Assembly: GCA_036510525.1 (NCBI GenBank)
Contig: DATCDU010000011.1
Span: 2,241 to 66,240, forward strand
Length of the DNA: 64,000 bases
From: Minisyncoccota bacterium
Lineage (GTDB): Bacteria > Patescibacteriota > Minisyncoccia > UBA6257 > 2-01-FULL-56-20
Reading direction: 5' to 3'
Shown: positions 60,052-64,000 of the stretch, one piece after another
Layout: each line of letters opens with the position of its first letter
Position numbering within the stretch: position 1 is the first letter of the stretch
Notes under the pieces: model-generated
What the model was told of the DNA's origin: nothing
The model's input: only the letters and a program-made list of their open reading frames with translations
Database searches by the model: none
Made by a program: the position numbers and the translations under genes

Positions 60052-60537
60052 ATGAAGCAATCATGCACGAAAATAAAAAGTATTTCTGAGATCGCAGCTA
60101 TCGCAAAGCGAGCGAAGCGGACCGGGAAGACCGTCGTGACCACGAATGGTGCGTTCGATCTCCTCCATATCGGTCATGTGCGCAACTTACAGATGGCAAA
60201 ATCGGCCGGCGATATCTTGATCGTCGGAGTGAACTCGGACAGGTCCGTACGGACGCGCAAAGATAAGACGCGGCCTATCGTGCCGGAAGTGGAGCGGGCG
60301 GAAGTGATCGCGGCGCTTGAAGCGGTCGATTATGTTTTCATTTTCAGCACGCCGGATCCCATCCCGTGGCTCGAAAAGATCAGGCCGAATGTTCACGCAA
60401 AAGGCGCGGATCGAACGATCGATCAAATAGTGGAATTGTCGGCCGTAAAAAAGCACGGCGGGAAAATTCTCCGCGTCCCCTATATCAAAGGGCACTCAAC
60501 CTCGAATATTATCAAGAAGATAAAATCACTTCCCTAG
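60052..60537 (+). CDS. HldC/RfaE2-type heptose-1-phosphate nucleotidyltransferase
   Basis: TNGAFDLLHIGH, GVNSDRSV, KGAD, GHSTS. Confidence 0.9.
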   Translation: MKQSCTKIKSISEIAAIAKRAKRTGKTVVTTNGAFDLLHIGHVRNLQMAKSAGDILIVGVNSDRSVRTRKDKTRPIVPEVERAEVIAALEAVDYVFIFSTPDPIPWLEKIRPNVHAKGADRTIDQIVELSAVKKHGGKILRVPYIKGHSTSNIIKKIKSLP

Positions 60538-61214
60538 GCGTCTACCGCTTTCTTGATCTGTACGGCCACTTCCAAGAGATTGCTCACAACAAACACCTTG
60601 TCGGGAAATTGATCTTGTATCTCGACGATCTTTTCCGCCTCTCTGTTCTTGTTTGTTCTCGACGATCGCACAAAAAAGGAAACACATCCGGCACGCAGCC
60701 CCGTTTCAACATCCGTTACGCGATCCCCAATCATGAATTTGTGGCGGACCTCAGATAGCCGCTCTCCAAACATCTCCGCCGCGTCCCCCAGCATGCCGAT
60801 ATTCGGCTTAAGGCATCGCGCATTGTCATTGATGTATCGTGCATCAACCTGGCGTCCCTTCAAGGCGGCTTTTCTCGCGTAATCAGAACTCACAAAAGGG
60901 CAAAATCGATAGCCATCAACGCGGCATCCATCATCTTTCAACTTGGAAATAATGAGTTCGTTGACTTCTCGGGCTGCCGCTTCGGTGAGCAGTTCGAAGT
61001 CGGGGCCTGCGAGTGCAACCCCCGACTGGTTCGTCACCAACACAAACTTTGCATTTGAAATGGCGTTCAGGGATCGAATGCCTTCAATGACGCCGGGAAG
61101 AAACTCGATTTGTTCCTTCCAGTGCGGATTCGAACCGAGATAATAATCCTCATCGCGATTGATTGTCCCGTCGCGATCGGCGCATATGAGGACGATGTGA
61201 TTAGAGGACGCCAT
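60534..61214 (-). CDS. second GmhB-like HAD phosphatase
   Basis: DRDGTIN, TNQSG, KPNIGM, IGDR. Confidence 0.85.
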   Translation of the reverse strand: MASSNHIVLICADRDGTINRDEDYYLGSNPHWKEQIEFLPGVIEGIRSLNAISNAKFVLVTNQSGVALAGPDFELLTEAAAREVNELIISKLKDDGCRVDGYRFCPFVSSDYARKAALKGRQVDARYINDNARCLKPNIGMLGDAAEMFGERLSEVRHKFMIGDRVTDVETGLRAGCVSFFVRSSRTNKNREAEKIVEIQDQFPDKVFVVSNLLEVAVQIKKAVDA

Positions 61215-61218
61215 AGGC

Positions 61219-62121
61219 TCAAGCAATGAGAAATCCGCTTTCGTAATAATCTTTTATCCCCGCCTCCGGAGTATACTGTGGCACGAATCCGATTTTTTCC
61301 TTCGCGAGCGTCATATCGCATTGGGTAAAATTCTGATACCGATCCGCATATGGATTATCTATGTATTCCGGCACGCGGTGCAGGCCCATGACATTATTGA
61401 GAATAGCAACCACATCATTGAAGGTCGTGGCCGTGCCGGAACCGCAATTGACCACACAGCTCTCTTCGGCGTCGAGCGCCAGTATATTTGCCTTCACGAC
61501 ATCTTTCACATAAATATAATCGCGCTTCTGCTCGCCGGTCTTGAACATGCGCGGATTGCCTTTCGTTATCTGCCGCGCCAATTGATAGATCATGCTCGCC
61601 CGCGCCCCTTTATGTGATTCACGCGGACCATATACATTACAATAGCGAAGGCCGATGATCGTTATTTCGGGATGCAGCGCCGCGAACGCCATCGCTTTTT
61701 GATCGAGCAGCAATTTGGAAACGCCGTACGGGTTCAACGGCTCAAGCCCCTTATCTTCAATGTATGGAGCTGGTGTCGCGCCGTACACAGCAGTAGAAGA
61801 AGCGTAGACGATATGCTTGCATCCATGCGCCACTGCATATTCAAAAAGCGCTATGGAAGCATCTGTGTTCGCGCGGATCATCTCACGCTCGTCAAGCAGC
61901 GTCGTATCATTGATCGCCGCTTCATGGACCACAGCATCGATCTCTCCGATCGCTTCCCAATCAATCCCCGAAAGACCCGGCTGGAGATATTTCCCCTTAA
62001 AGCTCGGCAACTTTTGCTCGGCATCGTTGCCGGTTATAAGCACGTCGTGCCCGCGGGCGATAAGATCAAGTGCAATGTTCGAACCGATGAACCCAGTGCC
62101 GCCGGTGACGAGGATTCTCAT
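61219..62121 (-). CDS. hldD: ADP-L-glycero-D-manno-heptose 6-epimerase-like protein
   Basis: TGGTGFIGS, PLNPYGVSK, NVYGPRESHKG.RASM, YQNFTQ. Confidence 0.82.
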   Translation of the reverse strand: MRILVTGGTGFIGSNIALDLIARGHDVLITGNDAEQKLPSFKGKYLQPGLSGIDWEAIGEIDAVVHEAAINDTTLLDEREMIRANTDASIALFEYAVAHGCKHIVYASSTAVYGATPAPYIEDKGLEPLNPYGVSKLLLDQKAMAFAALHPEITIIGLRYCNVYGPRESHKGARASMIYQLARQITKGNPRMFKTGEQKRDYIYVKDVVKANILALDAEESCVVNCGSGTATTFNDVVAILNNVMGLHRVPEYIDNPYADRYQNFTQCDMTLAKEKIGFVPQYTPEAGIKDYYESGFLIA

Positions 62122-62123
62122 TG

Positions 62124-63002
62124 CTATGAAATAATAGCTTTTATCCTGGCTTCAATATCCTTGACTGTGAGATGGGAAAAAGCATCTATCTCATCTACGG
62201 TGCCGTAATGATGGATGAACTCTCTGGGGACTCCGATATAAGTTATTTCGATAGCCCGCGGAGCGGTTGCAATTGAAAGATCAACAGCACAAGAGCCACT
62301 ATAGTAAGGCTCACAGACAATCACTTTGTTTCCTTGGAGATTATTTTTCAAAGTATCGTGATCGAATGGTTGTAGTGTTGTATAATAAATAACAGTGACA
62401 TCCATATCTTTGCACGCCTCTTGCACGCGAGCAAGTATCGGTCCGACGGCGATTACCGTTGCCTGTTTTCCCATCTTGATCACATTTGCCCTACCGAATG
62501 CAACGTCATGGCTTTCAGTATTATTTTTGTTGCTTAGCCGAAAATATGTAGGGTGGCCATTGCTATAGGACTGTCTGAAAAGCGTATCGAACTCCGCCGG
62601 CGTTCCCGGCACCACGATCTCTACCTCGGGAACGTTCTTTAAAATCCCAACGTCCCCCGGACATTCGTGGGTGCATCCCCATGACGCAAGATCATAGGAA
62701 GCACCGATGCTCACAAAATTCCCGCCCAGTTTTTGGTACCCAAAATCATCCTTGATCTGCTCCAGCGACCGTTCAATCAAAAAAGTGGCGATCGTATGTA
62801 CGACCGGGACGAATCCCTGCATCGAAAGTCCGGCGGCCATGCTCACCATGGATTGCTCCAGAATGCCGGCATTTATAACGCGTTCCGGAAAGTCTCGTAA
62901 TGAGTTACGGAAGCCGTACGTGCCGACATCTCCGTACACCAGGACGAGCTTGTCGTCGACCTTCAATAGTTCTTCTATGGTGACCGCAAGTTGCTTTCTC
63001 AT
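62124..63002 (-). CDS. transketolase, C-terminal (pyrimidine-binding) subunit
   Basis: NAGILEQ, ERSLEQI, GCTH. Confidence 0.9.
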   Translation of the reverse strand: MRKQLAVTIEELLKVDDKLVLVYGDVGTYGFRNSLRDFPERVINAGILEQSMVSMAAGLSMQGFVPVVHTIATFLIERSLEQIKDDFGYQKLGGNFVSIGASYDLASWGCTHECPGDVGILKNVPEVEIVVPGTPAEFDTLFRQSYSNGHPTYFRLSNKNNTESHDVAFGRANVIKMGKQATVIAVGPILARVQEACKDMDVTVIYYTTLQPFDHDTLKNNLQGNKVIVCEPYYSGSCAVDLSIATAPRAIEITYIGVPREFIHHYGTVDEIDAFSHLTVKDIEARIKAIIS

Positions 63003-63006
63003 GAGA

Positions 63007-63768
63007 TTATCGTAATTCTTCCACCATCGGTTCCAATTGTTCCGGCGTCGGATATTTGTGGGTCCACTCGGCGCTATTTTCCATGATCTTAATCCCCTTC
63101 CCCTTGATGGTCTCCGCGATAATCGCGACCGGCTTCCCCGTGCTCTTCATCGTCAACGCCTCGTAGATCGCCTCCTGGTCATGTCCGTCGATCCGCACCG
63201 CGTGCCATCCGAACGATTCAAACTTCGCCCTCATGTCCTGTGGGTTCATCGCCACATCACCGGAATGGTTTTGGTCGACGATGCAGTATAAGTTATCAAG
63301 TTTGTGGTTCGCCCCGAGCATCGCCGATTCCCAGATCGTCCCCTCATTCGATTCTCCGTCGCCGATGATCACATACACCTTGCTCGGTTTCTTTTTTATC
63401 TTTGCCCCGAGCGCCAAGCCCACCGCCATGGGAAATCCGTGCCCCAGAGAACCGGTGGAAGCCTCCACACCCGGCACCACCAATCGGTCTGGGTGGCCAC
63501 CGAGGATGCTATCGAACTTCCCAAATTTTTTGAATTCTTCCGGCTTGATGAATCCCTTTTCTGCAAGGACGACGTAGAGGCCGATCGCGGCGTGGCCCTT
63601 GCTCAAAACGAAACGGTTCCTGTCTGGATCGGAAAAATTCTCCGGCGTGATGCCGAGCACGCGATCGTATAAGACCCAGAGTATATCTAAAATAGAATAC
63701 GCAGCGGGAATATGTCCCTCGTTCGCGGCCGTGGCGATGCGTAATATCTTTTCCTTCAGATCCTTCAT
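63007..63768 (-). CDS. transketolase, N-terminal (TPP-binding) subunit
   Basis: LSKGHA, STGSLGHG, GDGESNEG, TIKGKG. Confidence 0.92.
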   Translation of the reverse strand: MKDLKEKILRIATAANEGHIPAAYSILDILWVLYDRVLGITPENFSDPDRNRFVLSKGHAAIGLYVVLAEKGFIKPEEFKKFGKFDSILGGHPDRLVVPGVEASTGSLGHGFPMAVGLALGAKIKKKPSKVYVIIGDGESNEGTIWESAMLGANHKLDNLYCIVDQNHSGDVAMNPQDMRAKFESFGWHAVRIDGHDQEAIYEALTMKSTGKPVAIIAETIKGKGIKIMENSAEWTHKYPTPEQLEPMVEELR

Positions 63769-64000
63769 AGATCGATCATGATACGGTTCGCTTTGCCGGC
63801 GCGCATCATGTCTATCGCGCCGTTGATGTCGTCGAGGTGGACCCTGTGCGTGACGAGGTTATCGATGTCCAACATGCCAGCCTGAAACATTTTTACAAAA
63901 CGGGGAATATCCCTGCTTGGCGAAAATCTTCCACCTTGGGTCGCCTTGATGGTCTTGCCTTCGGTGCCACCAAAAAGGTGATCCGCCATCGTCAGCTCAA
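63765..64000 (-). CDS. zinc-binding alcohol dehydrogenase, C-terminal fragment (gene starts beyond the window)
   Basis: DIPRFV...LVTHR..LDDINGAIDMMRAG, the typical MDR C-terminus. Confidence 0.75.
   Translation of the reverse strand, partial: ELTMADHLFGGTEGKTIKATQGGRFSPSRDIPRFVKMFQAGMLDIDNLVTHRVHLDDINGAIDMMRAGKANRIMIDL

Overview
A 64 kb chromosomal segment from a small-genome bacterium that looks like Patescibacteria/CPR (Parcubacteria-like). This is inferred from the compact genes, short IF-2, archaeal-type PyrH, pilin and many leaderless-looking starts. The standard genetic code is used. The left and middle parts hold housekeeping genes (parAB, infB-rbfA, secE-nusG-rpsR, gyrB, groESL, trxB, pyrH), 5 canonical tRNAs and accessory genes (solo PemK/MazF, ApbE flavinylation module, peptidases, lipid-modifying enzymes). 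The right part is a large surface-glycan locus with an ADP-heptose set and a gene set paralleling the lincosamide GDP-octose pathway. The main novel observation is two paralogous non-coding modules (about 16650-16890 and 36394-36633, minus strand). Each has an aberrant tRNA-like gene with an alanine-type G3:U70 acceptor stem. Each is preceded by a separately promoted and terminated ~80-nt RNA that is a circularly permuted antisense copy of that tRNA's own D and anticodon arms, with the RNA's two ends meeting at tRNA position 33/34. All calls come from reading the sequence; no database search or folding program was run.
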